Positions 31,647-41,718 of a stretch of DNA of 64,000 nucleotides are shown in pieces. Under the pieces are notes generated by a model. The model did not search any database, was not told the DNA's origin, and saw only the letters and a list, made by a program, of their open reading frames with translations. The stretch spans positions 1 to 64,000 of the IMG/VR virus record IMGVR_UViG_3300046512_000168, one strand, 5' to 3'. This DNA is from a virus. The translations under genes were made by a program, and so were the position numbers. How positions within the stretch are numbered: position 1 is the stretch's first letter; every line of letters starts with the position of its first letter.

Positions 31647-32425
31647 CTGACCCGCGCAGCCTTTGGAAACGCCTCAAGGACTTTCTGTTCAAGGAACCGA
31701 ACATCATAGCCGGAAGCACGATGCAACGGGTTATCGGAGGCTTGCGCGACGGCGAAGTCGCAGTCCATCTGTCGCGGCCAGACCAGCGTATAAAGGGCGA
31801 GCCCGGTCATCGCATCAAGGACAGCGATTTGCGGCCTTTCGGGACACCTGGGCATTTATACTATGACCCAGCCGCTATGCAGTGGATGGTCTTCATGCGC
31901 GATGGCAGCACGCGTGAGTTCGAATGGGACGATGCCAGCAGCGCCTGGAACTGCGTCGTGGCCGAGCGAGAGGCCATAGATCGCCAGCCTGCGGTAGCGG
32001 CCGAACCAGTCGCGCCAGCCGTCGGCACGGTTTACGCGGTAGCGGGACCTAACAGCTCCGTTGCGTGGGAGCTTGTCAATTCCGACAGGACGGTCACTCG
32101 GTACCAGAACCAGATCGACGCGCTGAATGCGAGGAACCAGCAACGCGTAGCTGACCCAAGGCATAGCCATTCTGTCTTCGACCCAGGGCATAGCCACGCC
32201 ATAACCCCTATAATCCACGTAGGCGTCGACGTAGGCACCCGAGACGAGAGCGTCGTTATAGAGAACATGAACACCATGCTCGACGCAGAAATGCGCCGCT
32301 ACCTGACGACACGGGCGCGCAACATGGCCGGCAGGCAGGTCGAGACGGTGACCGTGAACGTGCCCGCTCCATCAGAGCCGAACATCCTGGCCGGTAGGAA
32401 GCGCGTGCTCGATCTCGGAGAATAA
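31643..32425 (+). CDS. Mosaic hypothetical protein ending RKRVLDLGE
   Basis: ATGA overlap; internal DPRHSH/DPGHSH repeat. Confidence 0.65.
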   Translation: MTDPRSLWKRLKDFLFKEPNIIAGSTMQRVIGGLRDGEVAVHLSRPDQRIKGEPGHRIKDSDLRPFGTPGHLYYDPAAMQWMVFMRDGSTREFEWDDASSAWNCVVAEREAIDRQPAVAAEPVAPAVGTVYAVAGPNSSVAWELVNSDRTVTRYQNQIDALNARNQQRVADPRHSHSVFDPGHSHAITPIIHVGVDVGTRDESVVIENMNTMLDAEMRRYLTTRARNMAGRQVETVTVNVPAPSEPNILAGRKRVLDLGE

Positions 32426-32504
32426 TTTGCAACGCGTTGCATTTTGATTGACAAACACTTGTATATGTACAACAGTACATTATGAGAATTGCGGAGAGCT
32501 GAAC

Positions 32505-33866
32505 GTGCTGCGACTGGAAGTGGGCAAATACTACTGGAACAAAGAAGGGCACGTCCGGGGCCCAATATCGCGTGGCGATGACCCGATGTACCCATTCGCA
32601 GACCCGGCCGGTTACTCCTACACCGGCGACGGGAAATTCGTCATCGGTCTCGACGACGAGGATGACAATCTTGTGGAGGAGGTCACGCATTTCAGACTCC
32701 TCTCGACGAACGGTTTCCTCTATCGAACGGCCGGAGCGATCTACAGGACCGTGAGCCACGGCTTGAGCCCGGACGATCTGCCTGCGGTAAACTTTCATGG
32801 CGAGCAGACTGCGCAGCTCCTGTGGGCCTACCTCACGGATATCGAATGGTGCAAGGCTCCAGCGGAACGCGCCAGGGTAGGCGACACCGTCATGTGCACG
32901 CAGACCAACGACGTAGGCGCGCTCGTTCTGCAGGGCGAATACACAGTCAAAGAAGCGGTAGCGACACCAGACATGACGCGCGTCCTGGTCGAGGACTGGC
33001 GGGGCTCGCGATGGTGGCTGTTTAACGATGGCCATCCGCACACTCCGCAATACGAGCTCCTGGTAAACCGGCGCCGCCCACCAAACCCGACGTTGCCGGC
33101 ATCGGTGGCGATCAAGCGCGGTGACATGGTGCGTGCCCTTTCGACACGGTACGACTTTACGGCAGGTATGCTCTATGAAGTGATACGCTTCAGCAAGGAC
33201 GGTCTCAAGGTCCGCGTGCTTAACGACAAGGGCGAAGACGACTGGCTGTACATCGGCGCCGACACGGGGGCGAGCTTCGTCGGCTGCGAGCTGGCACAGA
33301 GTTTAGCAGGGCCACCAACATTCTCGCCGTCCCGCACATACGACGAATACCTGCAGGAAGGCTGCACCTGCCATCATCCTCCACACATTGCTCCGTGCTC
33401 GTCCTGCACCAACAAGCTGTCCGAGGAAGAATGGCTAGCCGAAGAGAAGGCGGAACACGAGGCTGCCGAGCAGAAGAGCACCCGCGAGGCCGAGCTGCTG
33501 AAGGCGTATAAGCACGAAAGGACCGCCGAGCTGCTGCGCGACGTCATGTTCTCGGACGACATGAAAATGGTCAGCCAGACGATTAAGGACAAGATCGAGG
33601 CCGTCTTCGATCGGCTCATCCACGATCAGGAATTCGAGAAGAAGCGCAAGGACTACGACAATGCGCGCGCCGTCTACACCCAGCACCTCAACCAGGCGAA
33701 CACGTTGCAGGAGAAGAAGCGCGAGCTGACGGCCGAGATCGAAATCCTCTCCAATCGCAAGTCTCAGTTCGAGAAGGAGGTCATAGACCTACAGAACCGC
33801 ATCCTTATGCTGCGCGATGAGCTGCCGATCGAGACGACGTCCAACGGAAGGAAAATTCAGCTATGA
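32505..33866 (+). CDS. Mosaic hypothetical protein (beta-modules, Cys cluster, coiled coil) ending GRKIQL
   Basis: GTG start after GGAG; the track start at 32448 is the promoter -35; CTCHHPPHIAPCSSC. Confidence 0.7.
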   Translation: MLRLEVGKYYWNKEGHVRGPISRGDDPMYPFADPAGYSYTGDGKFVIGLDDEDDNLVEEVTHFRLLSTNGFLYRTAGAIYRTVSHGLSPDDLPAVNFHGEQTAQLLWAYLTDIEWCKAPAERARVGDTVMCTQTNDVGALVLQGEYTVKEAVATPDMTRVLVEDWRGSRWWLFNDGHPHTPQYELLVNRRRPPNPTLPASVAIKRGDMVRALSTRYDFTAGMLYEVIRFSKDGLKVRVLNDKGEDDWLYIGADTGASFVGCELAQSLAGPPTFSPSRTYDEYLQEGCTCHHPPHIAPCSSCTNKLSEEEWLAEEKAEHEAAEQKSTREAELLKAYKHERTAELLRDVMFSDDMKMVSQTIKDKIEAVFDRLIHDQEFEKKRKDYDNARAVYTQHLNQANTLQEKKRELTAEIEILSNRKSQFEKEVIDLQNRILMLRDELPIETTSNGRKIQL

Positions 33867-34171
33867 GCGTCTATGTCGATCGAACGCGCTACAGGCTCGG
33901 CCGTATGAAGACATGCCACATGATGGCAGACACGGTCGAGGAGCTGCACGATATGGCCCGTAAAGTCGGATCGAAGCGCGACTGGTTTCAGGTGTCGCGC
34001 ACCGGCGTCCCGCATTACGACTTGCCGATCTTCCGCCGCATCCAGGCAGTGCAACTGGGTGCAATCGAAATATCGGGGAAAGAATGCGCGATCCTGCAGA
34101 AGCGTCTAAGAGGTCTCGACGCCAACGCGAAACCTACATATGATGCCGGCGTTAAAAAGGAACTGGAATGA
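33863..34171 (+). CDS. DUF4031-family protein
   Basis: VYVD..CHMMADTVEELH..G.KR.WFQ..PHYDL. Confidence 0.8.
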   Translation: MSVYVDRTRYRLGRMKTCHMMADTVEELHDMARKVGSKRDWFQVSRTGVPHYDLPIFRRIQAVQLGAIEISGKECAILQKRLRGLDANAKPTYDAGVKKELE

Positions 34172-34832
34172 CCGATCACCCGAAAGACTTGTGCGAGTGC
34201 GACCACAGACGCTCGCTGCATAAGGCCGGCACAGGCCCGTGCGCGCATCGCCATACGCCGCCTTGCACAGGCTTTCGGCTGAAGGAGGCCCACGTCATCT
34301 TGTCACGGCCGGCGCTCGTGCTGCTGCACGACCTAGTCGAGACCAACGAACCGCTGGCCGCCGTGGACCAGGCTGTCGTGACGGAGCTGATCGAGGAGGG
34401 GTACATCACCTATTACACCACCCATGCCGCAACGTGGCTGGCGATCACCAAGGTCGGGCTCGCCTACGCCAAGGACAACGCAATCAACGGAGAGACCCAT
34501 GACTGACGAAAATGAACAGGCCGTGCGTCCGCGCACGAAGGTAACCAGACCGGAAGGCGCGACCGACGCCCCGGCCGGCAAGCAGGTCCTGCTGCTCGCG
34601 CTCGGTCATCTCTACCTCGGAATGTCCAAGGAGAACGTCGAGCTCCTGGTGGCCGATCGATACAAAATCGAAGTGCCTGACGCGCCGGAGCTGGAGCACC
34701 GCTGGATGCGCCCGGACGATCTCGACAAGAACATCTATTGCGAGGCAAACGACAAGGCCGCGACCCCGGTCACCGCACTGATCATCTAATTAGAACTGCT
34801 GCCGGGTGCCTCGTACCGGCAGTCGTAGGGGA

Positions 34833-34865
34833 GGGTGTCCGCCGCATGCACCCTCCCCATTTTTG
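34833..34865 (+). terminator. Intrinsic terminator (preceded by a second hairpin)
   Basis: ggggagggtg / caccctcccc stem followed by atttttg. Confidence 0.7.
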
Positions 34866-34958
34866 TGTCTTTTGCAACGCGTTGCAACGGAATGTATTTG
34901 ACAAACACTTAGATATGTAGGATAGTAAATAGAAGGCAGCACCAGTAGGGGCAGAAAA

Positions 34959-35165
34959 ATGGAGCAGAAAGTCTACGATCCACGCGATCCGACCCAGAAG
35001 GTCGATGATCCCGCGACATGGAAAGTCACACGCAACCCAGCACTAATAGCCGCGCATTTTGGGCGAGGCATGGCGCACAGCCTGGCACCACTCAGCGCCA
35101 GGTTCTGGAAGGATGTCGAGGCGTCGGCCAATTATTGCGACCAGCCGACGACGATGGTGTTCTGA
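34959..35165 (+). CDS. 68-aa protein resembling a fragment of a tail-tip (J-like) protein
   Basis: KVYDPRDPTQ..DDPATW..RNPALI...ASANYCD. Confidence 0.55.
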   Translation: MEQKVYDPRDPTQKVDDPATWKVTRNPALIAAHFGRGMAHSLAPLSARFWKDVEASANYCDQPTTMVF

Positions 35166-35685
35166 TGACGGCAACAGTTGTGCAGGCCATGCAGCATCGG
35201 TGCCCGACATGCGGCGCGAAGCCAAGCAAATGCTGCTCTGGGAGTGGCTACCACCGGCGCGATAAGGCGCACCCAGAACGCATCGCCGTTGCCCAGGCCC
35301 AAATGGACAGGCCGTCCGTCAGGAGAACCGTGTTCGGCAAGGCGACCAACCTGCGCATCGACGCGCAGTACCTTGCCGACCGTGCTATCGCGCTGGAGCG
35401 GGCAGGCTACCCGAAATCGAAGTGGATTGGCTTCTGCGAATTGATGCTGACCTATGACCTCACGGTGGAATTATACGAGGCCCGCCAGACTGTTTCCAAA
35501 TACGTCACGTTGACGAACGGAAACGGCCGGCGATACAAGGTCCGCTTCTCGAACCATAGGCCCATTCACGCACGAGAGCTGGGCGGCGATTGCGACTTCT
35601 TCGTGGGGGTGACCAATCTCCGCGTCACCACGACAGAGCACGCCGTTGCGGCGGCATTGGCGCATTTTGGGCTGAGAGAGGCGGC

Positions 35686-36333
35686 ATGAGCAGCGATAAC
35701 CCAGACTACATGAACGCCGTCCATACGTATCAGCTCTCTGACGGCCGATCAGTAACGCTTACGGAAGGACAGCACACGCTGCTGCACATGATCGTCGACG
35801 GCAGAGGGCCGAAAGGTTGGGCCGGCCGGCAGGACGCCGACACGCTTCTGCGCAACTACCTGACCTACGGCGCATTCGAGCCGACGCCTGAGCAGTTCAA
35901 GGCCTACCGCGAGAAGCGGGACGCGTTGGTGACCTCAATCGAGGTGGAGGACGCGCAGACGGGATACGCCAACGTCTCCTTGCCAAAGTTGTTTGGCGAT
36001 ATGCGCAGCCAGGTGCTGGAACTGTGTGCAGATGCCCGCATGAACCCTAGCGCGCTGAAGCTGATGTTTGAGGAGCTGCGGCGCAGGCTAGCAGTCGTGC
36101 ACAGCCAGGACGTGATCGCGACAATGACGGCGCAGAGGGAGCTGGAAGCGGCACAGCAGGAAAAGGTGTTCGCGCAGAACGAAACGGAAAAGGCACGCCG
36201 AGCACAGGCTGAATACCGTACGCGCGCGCTTGAAGACCAGGCGCTGATCGAGGTCCTGGAACGGCGCATTGCAGCCTTGCGGGAAGAACTGCCGGAGGAA
36301 GTCTCCGCTGGCGGAAGGGCGATCCAGCTATGA
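35686..36333 (+). CDS. Coiled-coil hypothetical protein ending GRAIQL
   Basis: ATGA overlap; GAGG RBS. Confidence 0.7.
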   Translation: MSSDNPDYMNAVHTYQLSDGRSVTLTEGQHTLLHMIVDGRGPKGWAGRQDADTLLRNYLTYGAFEPTPEQFKAYREKRDALVTSIEVEDAQTGYANVSLPKLFGDMRSQVLELCADARMNPSALKLMFEELRRRLAVVHSQDVIATMTAQRELEAAQQEKVFAQNETEKARRAQAEYRTRALEDQALIEVLERRIAALREELPEEVSAGGRAIQL

Positions 36334-36731
36334 GCGATTTCTTTTACCGGACGCACCCACAGGCCTCGGTGCGCGCGGCTGCGCTGGCGCGCTGGACGAT
36401 CGGCAAGAAGACGATCCAGTCACAGCTACCGGTTAACTTCCCAGGCTACGAAAAGGTTGGTATCGACAGTCTGCAGTACCGCTGCAGCTCATGCAACGAG
36501 CTGCAGGAGGATAGATACTTCGCCGGCGAGGTGACGCTCATGGAGAATGGCGACTTTCGCGTTCTGGCTGTAGGAGCCTGCCCGGACTGCGAGCAGGGCG
36601 CTTGGTGCGCCTGGAAGGTCCGTTACGAAGCCGACACCGGAGAGCTTGTCATGCTCGACGCGCTGAAGGATTATCCCATGCCGGTACGCGAGGACGGGAC
36701 GAGAGTGAGGGCGATCGATGTCGGCGACTGA
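36330..36731 (+). CDS. Zn-ribbon hypothetical protein ending RAIDVGD
   Basis: CSSC and CPDC. Confidence 0.65.
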   Translation: MSDFFYRTHPQASVRAAALARWTIGKKTIQSQLPVNFPGYEKVGIDSLQYRCSSCNELQEDRYFAGEVTLMENGDFRVLAVGACPDCEQGAWCAWKVRYEADTGELVMLDALKDYPMPVREDGTRVRAIDVGD

Positions 36732-37188
36732 TGAGCCCGTCTGCATCCGCAACTGGCGCACAAGCTGGGAAGCGCACGAAGCCAAGGTCAAAAGCCAGAA
36801 ATCCTGGCGCGTGATCGAGCTCGACTTCATGACGGCAGCGCGCATTGTGTGCCGCTCTGGGTTAGGCATTTCTGCGCAGGCAAGTCCGAGCCACTACTGC
36901 AACCTCCGTAGCTCGTTCCTGGGCGGGGCTATGGAAGACGAGTGGCATATGGACGGCACACTGCCGACGAGCTTCGAAGTCATGGTGTTTCTGCCGGAAG
37001 GTGTCTCAAATCTGTGGATACACCATGACCTGATACCTGACGGACTCGATCAGCCCGGAGGGTGGGTATCGATCGAGGCTATCGAGGAGACGATCCGCCG
37101 AAATGGCGGATGGGTGGCCGACCCGGAACCGCCGAAGCCAACCACGTCGAACATCCTGGTGTTAAGGCCGAGAAGGCTCGATCTCTGA
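36718..37188 (+). CDS. Hypothetical protein ending RPRRLDL
   Basis: Overlapping operon gene. Confidence 0.6.
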   Translation: MSATDEPVCIRNWRTSWEAHEAKVKSQKSWRVIELDFMTAARIVCRSGLGISAQASPSHYCNLRSSFLGGAMEDEWHMDGTLPTSFEVMVFLPEGVSNLWIHHDLIPDGLDQPGGWVSIEAIEETIRRNGGWVADPEPPKPTTSNILVLRPRRLDL

Positions 37189-37565
37189 TGGTTTCCGATA
37201 AGATGTATCGACGCATGTGCATGAGCGGATGGCAGGCCCAGCAGGAACGGCGGAAGATGAACGCGAAGAATTCCTTGGCCGCGCTCGATCGGCGCACCAA
37301 GCTCATGCTGGAGATCGAGCATACGCTCGCCGGCCGGTCCTGGATGCTGCCGGAACCGCTCAAATTTGCCCTGCACCCAGGCAAGAAGGCCGTCATTCTT
37401 CTGTCTGGAAAGCTGACGCCTATCCTGCGGGAATTTGTGGACAATGGGAAAATCTTCGTAGAGGAGGAATTTTTTCCTAGACAGCGAATTCATAATATCC
37501 TACTTCTGCTCCCACAGCAGATAACTGAGGAGCCCAAAAGGCCGCCTCGGGCAGTCGATCTTTGA
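37188..37565 (+). CDS. Hypothetical protein ending PRAVDL
   Basis: TGATG overlap start. Confidence 0.6.
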   Translation: MVSDKMYRRMCMSGWQAQQERRKMNAKNSLAALDRRTKLMLEIEHTLAGRSWMLPEPLKFALHPGKKAVILLSGKLTPILREFVDNGKIFVEEEFFPRQRIHNILLLLPQQITEEPKRPPRAVDL

Positions 37566-37717
37566 CTTTGCAACTGGGTGCAAAATGAGCTAACTTGCGG
37601 CCACAGTTTTAGCGGTGCTCTGTGCTGCGGGTGATAAGCCCGCTCCGTCCAGAACCGCAGGGGTAAACAAGTATTGAGCGAGTAGTGGCGGGCCGTGATC
37701 CGCGTCAATCCCAATAT

Positions 37718-37732
37718 TTAACCATTGCTTAA
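37718..37732. promoter_or_regulatory. CtrA-type box TTAA-CCATTGC-TTAA
   Basis: Exact TTAA-N7-TTAA in a 350-bp non-coding gap upstream of dut. Confidence 0.55.
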
Positions 37733-37919
37733 TTCAACCGGGAAGAGCAATAGAGGGGGTAAAATGGTAGGGTTTCCAGTCAATGCAGTCATTTCCGTGC
37801 TCGTAGAGCAACGGTCAGGTAAGAATTAACCTCACGATAGGTTGTGGCTTGCTGCACGGCCGGCCTTTCTGCTAACCAAATACTACAAGTCGAGTAGCTG
37901 GCTTGGAAATGGACCTGAC

Positions 37920-38414
37920 ATGACGTTGCCTGCCGAAAATAAGCCTTCAATTCGTGTGAAGCGCACAGAGACCGCAAAGCGCTTCAGCCTTCCGTCTTAC
38001 GCGACCGATGGCGCTGCTGGCTTTGATCTTATCGCCGACATTCCTGAAGACAGAACACTGCAGCCGGGAGAGCATGCCATCATCTCAACCGGCCTGTCCG
38101 TAGAGCTTCCATCGAACATGGAACTGCAGGTCCGCCCACGTTCTGGCCTAGCCGCCAAGAACGGCGTCACCGTACTCAATGCCCCCGGCACGATCGACGC
38201 CGACTTCCGGGGTATCATAGGCGTTATCCTGATCAACCTTGGTCAGGAGCCGTACACGGTCCAGCCGGGGGCGCGTATCGCGCAGGCTGTCATCGCGCCG
38301 GTTATCCAGGTCGCACTGGAGGAGGTAGCAGCACTTTCCGAAACCACCAGGGGGGAGGGCGGCTATGGAAGCACTGGGGTCACTTCTATCGAGGCCAAGA
38401 AATACCGTGGATGA
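37920..38414 (+). CDS. dut: Trimeric dUTPase
   Basis: AAGFDL, RPRSGLA, PGTIDADFRG, RIAQ, RGEGGYGSTG. Confidence 0.95.
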   Translation: MTLPAENKPSIRVKRTETAKRFSLPSYATDGAAGFDLIADIPEDRTLQPGEHAIISTGLSVELPSNMELQVRPRSGLAAKNGVTVLNAPGTIDADFRGIIGVILINLGQEPYTVQPGARIAQAVIAPVIQVALEEVAALSETTRGEGGYGSTGVTSIEAKKYRG

Positions 38415-38806
38415 TATTTACAATGCCGCATACATGCTGCTGCCTTGGGCGGTAGCTCTCTACTTCTACCTGGAAGCCGGAAGATGTCGATGGCAGGTCA
38501 TGTTCCTGACTCTTCCGGAGCGTTCGCGAGAACCGCTGGCCATCCTCGTCAAGAACAATCAGGTACCGCGTGCGCTGATCCTGTTCTGGATCGTCTTCTG
38601 GGCACCGCTCGCCGTCGTCTTCTGGGTGCTGGCCCGTTACCGCGAATTTACCGCCAGCCGGCCGAGCACACTCGACCTGAAGTGAAAGACAGCATGTCGA
38701 ACATAGGGGGCACTTGCCCCCTTTTTCATTTGACAAACACTTAGATATGTAGGATAAAGAAACTAGATTGCAACGCGTTGCAGCAGCACCTAACGGAGCA
38801 GAACAT

Positions 38807-39586
38807 ATGCAGGTTACAGACAAGCAGCTTGAGACGATAATCCGCGCCATCGTCCGGCAGAACAAGGAGATGGACCAGGATGCCTTCTGGACCCTTCTCG
38901 CCAGTGCACTCAAGCAGAACTTCTCCATCCAGCAGCGCGGCGAGGACATAGACAATTATGTCGTTCCGCAATGGCTTGGCGATCTAGCCTACCAGCAGCA
39001 GTCCGTCGTCCTGCTCGCCCTGCGCGGCCCTGACGGCATCCGCAAGCACCATCCAGCCAAGACCGTGCATATCGCCTATCGTGCCACCATCCTGCGCGCG
39101 GCCGAGCGCCAGCGCTTCCTCGAATGGGGCGAAGAGGCAGACAGCTTCATGTCGATGCATGTGATTGCCGACGACACTCTCTGGGAGGCCGCAGTCAAGG
39201 CCTTCTTCGACCACGTCGACGAGCTGCCGCACCACTACGTCTCGCACCTGGCGCACGCCGCGCAGATCATCGGCTACAAGCATCCTGACGATCGCATGCG
39301 CCGCGCGTGGGGCTATTTCTACTACCGTTGGGTGGACGACGCGCACCTGGAGCCGGAACCTGAAACCGTCATGGACCGCCGTCTCGGCGACTGGGGAACG
39401 GCTCAGGCCCGCCTCGGTCTGCGCGGTATTCCGTTCGCTGTCGATTTCGGTATTGAGGCAACCGGCCTACCCGAGAAATGTGGCTGCAGCTCCTGCCGCG
39501 ACGAGCAGATCGAGTGCATTGCGGTTAGCGACCCCGCTTACCCGACCGAATTCGCAAGCCAGGCTGACGGGGTAGCAGGCGAATGA
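38807..39586 (+). CDS. Conserved phage hypothetical protein
   Basis: QQSVVLLALRGPDG..LPHHY..HAAQIIGYKHPD; GGAG RBS. Confidence 0.65.
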   Translation: MQVTDKQLETIIRAIVRQNKEMDQDAFWTLLASALKQNFSIQQRGEDIDNYVVPQWLGDLAYQQQSVVLLALRGPDGIRKHHPAKTVHIAYRATILRAAERQRFLEWGEEADSFMSMHVIADDTLWEAAVKAFFDHVDELPHHYVSHLAHAAQIIGYKHPDDRMRRAWGYFYYRWVDDAHLEPEPETVMDRRLGDWGTAQARLGLRGIPFAVDFGIEATGLPEKCGCSSCRDEQIECIAVSDPAYPTEFASQADGVAGE

Positions 39587-40164
39587 TCCGCACCGCGATC
39601 ATCGACGACGTATGCCGCTGGGAGCTTCGCCGCATCTGGAACGACGTCCCCGAGCCCCGTCTGCTCGTCTGGCTGATGCTCAATCCGTCGACTGCTGACG
39701 CGGAGAAGGACGATCCGACCCTGCTGCGCATCATCAAATGGGGCAAGGCGTGGGGCTACGATGGCGTGATCGTCGTCAATCTCTATCCGTTCCGCTCGCC
39801 GTCGCCGCTCGATCTCGCCGCGTGGCACAAGGCCGGCGGCCTCACCGTCGAGGTGTTCCAGCGCAACATGGAGATCACGCTCGCCGCTATGGCAGAGTGC
39901 GACTGGATGGTCATGGCCGGCTGGGGCGGTTCTCTGCCGAAGCCGGAAGGAGTCCTTCCGTATATCCGCATGCTGAATACGATCGGCCTGACAAAGCACG
40001 GAGCCTGGCCTGTCTGGCGCTGCCTCGGCGTCTCGCAGGGCGGCATGCCGATCCACCCCATGGCGCGAGGCAAAAACCGCATCCCCGACGATGCGACGCC
40101 GATGGTCTACGATTTCGTCAAGCATCTCGACCCTAGCTATAAGGAGCACGCAAATGCCGTTTAA
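39583..40164 (+). CDS. DUF1643-family protein
   Basis: MLNPSTADAEKDDPT, VNLY, GWG, PIHP. Confidence 0.85.
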   Translation: MIRTAIIDDVCRWELRRIWNDVPEPRLLVWLMLNPSTADAEKDDPTLLRIIKWGKAWGYDGVIVVNLYPFRSPSPLDLAAWHKAGGLTVEVFQRNMEITLAAMAECDWMVMAGWGGSLPKPEGVLPYIRMLNTIGLTKHGAWPVWRCLGVSQGGMPIHPMARGKNRIPDDATPMVYDFVKHLDPSYKEHANAV

Positions 40165-41718
40165 CATGCTCATGCCCCAGCCGAAGAAGACGGCTGCAGT
40201 TTCGCTCAGCAGCGGCTGCGGCCGAGGCAAGAACGATGCCTACCGGCTGACGGTATCCATCCCGACGACGATCTACACGCTCGCCTTCAATGACGCGGAC
40301 AAGGTCAATATCTCGCTCGGTACGGGCACCGACGAAGGCAAGCTCCTGATCGTGCCGAGCGAAGCCGGTCACTTCGAGACGAAGCACCTGATGCACACCG
40401 TCCTGATCAAGCTGCCGGCCAACCCGGACATCACTCCGGATTTCGACATGAAGGACGACAATGTCGAGCGGCGCGAATGGCCGGAAGGAGGCCTGGTCCT
40501 CACCCTGCCGACCTGGGCCAACAAGACGACCTACGAGGGCATCAAGAAAGCCCGCGCCGAAGCCGCTAAGCCTCTGGAGCAGAAGCGCGTCGTCCCTATG
40601 AGCCTGAGATAGGAGAACACCTGTGGGCTATATGAAACCGATCGAAGGCGAAAGCGCCATGCTCGTAGAGAAGGGCGTCTATAAGCCGGCCGATCTCTAC
40701 GAGATGGACGATTACCTGTTCGCGAAAGTCGGGTCCGGCTTCGTCCGCCTCGACGCCAATGGCGGCACCTCGAAGCCGTCCGCCAAGCTGCACAAGCTGA
40801 TGTACGAAGGCCCGCTGTACAAGGATCAGCTCGGCCGGCTGTGCGTCTCGCCAGGTGCAAAGCGGGCAGCCTTGGAAAGCAACGTTCAACAGAAACTGCT
40901 CGGCGTCGCCGAGACAACGGAGTAAGGGCATATGAACGACAGACTTGCACAGCGCGCCCGCGAGGACGAACGTCGTAGTAACGATCTTCAGCGCGAAGTC
41001 GAAAATATCTACGCGGACGAAAGCCTCACGCAGGAGGCCAAGCAGCGCGAAGAGCGCAACGCAAAAGACCGGTTCAACAGAGGGTCAGCCCGCATCGCTG
41101 CACAACGGTCGTTCGAAGACACAGATGACGAGGGGCGTGCAAAGCTCCTTACGGCAGCGGTCGACGACCTGAACCGGCTGATCGGCTGGGCGCACGAAGA
41201 CCGAATGCGCGTCGAGCTGACAGTCAAGGTTGAGCCGCACAGCTTCCGTCAGCCGAAGCCGGAGCTACGCCACTCGCTGCTGCGGGTCCTCTGATGAAGA
41301 GCAACCTCGCAGATGTCATGGTCGTAAAGCATCACGAGACGCCGGCCGCTGTCCTGGTCTCCAGTGACGGGCACCGCGACAAGGCGGTATGGCTGCCGAA
41401 AGGCGCTGTCGAGGAGGCAGATACCGGACGCTCGCAAATGGAGACGATCGACCCGCCGTCGCGCTTCAGTCCCAAGCGCTGCCCCATCGTCGAGATAACC
41501 GCGCCGCAGCGCCTCCTCGAAGACAAGGGCCTGGTATGATCGGCCTCCTCCAGATCGTGGCTGTCGTGGCGCTCACCACGGCGGCCAGCCTCGCAGTCGC
41601 CTTCGGCGTCGGGCTGCTTCACACCGCCATTCTCCTGTCATTCTAATTGCAACGCGTTGCAGAAAATCCGTCTTTCCTGTACTAGTTCCCTACACTTATA
41701 GGCTACAGGAGACGGTAA

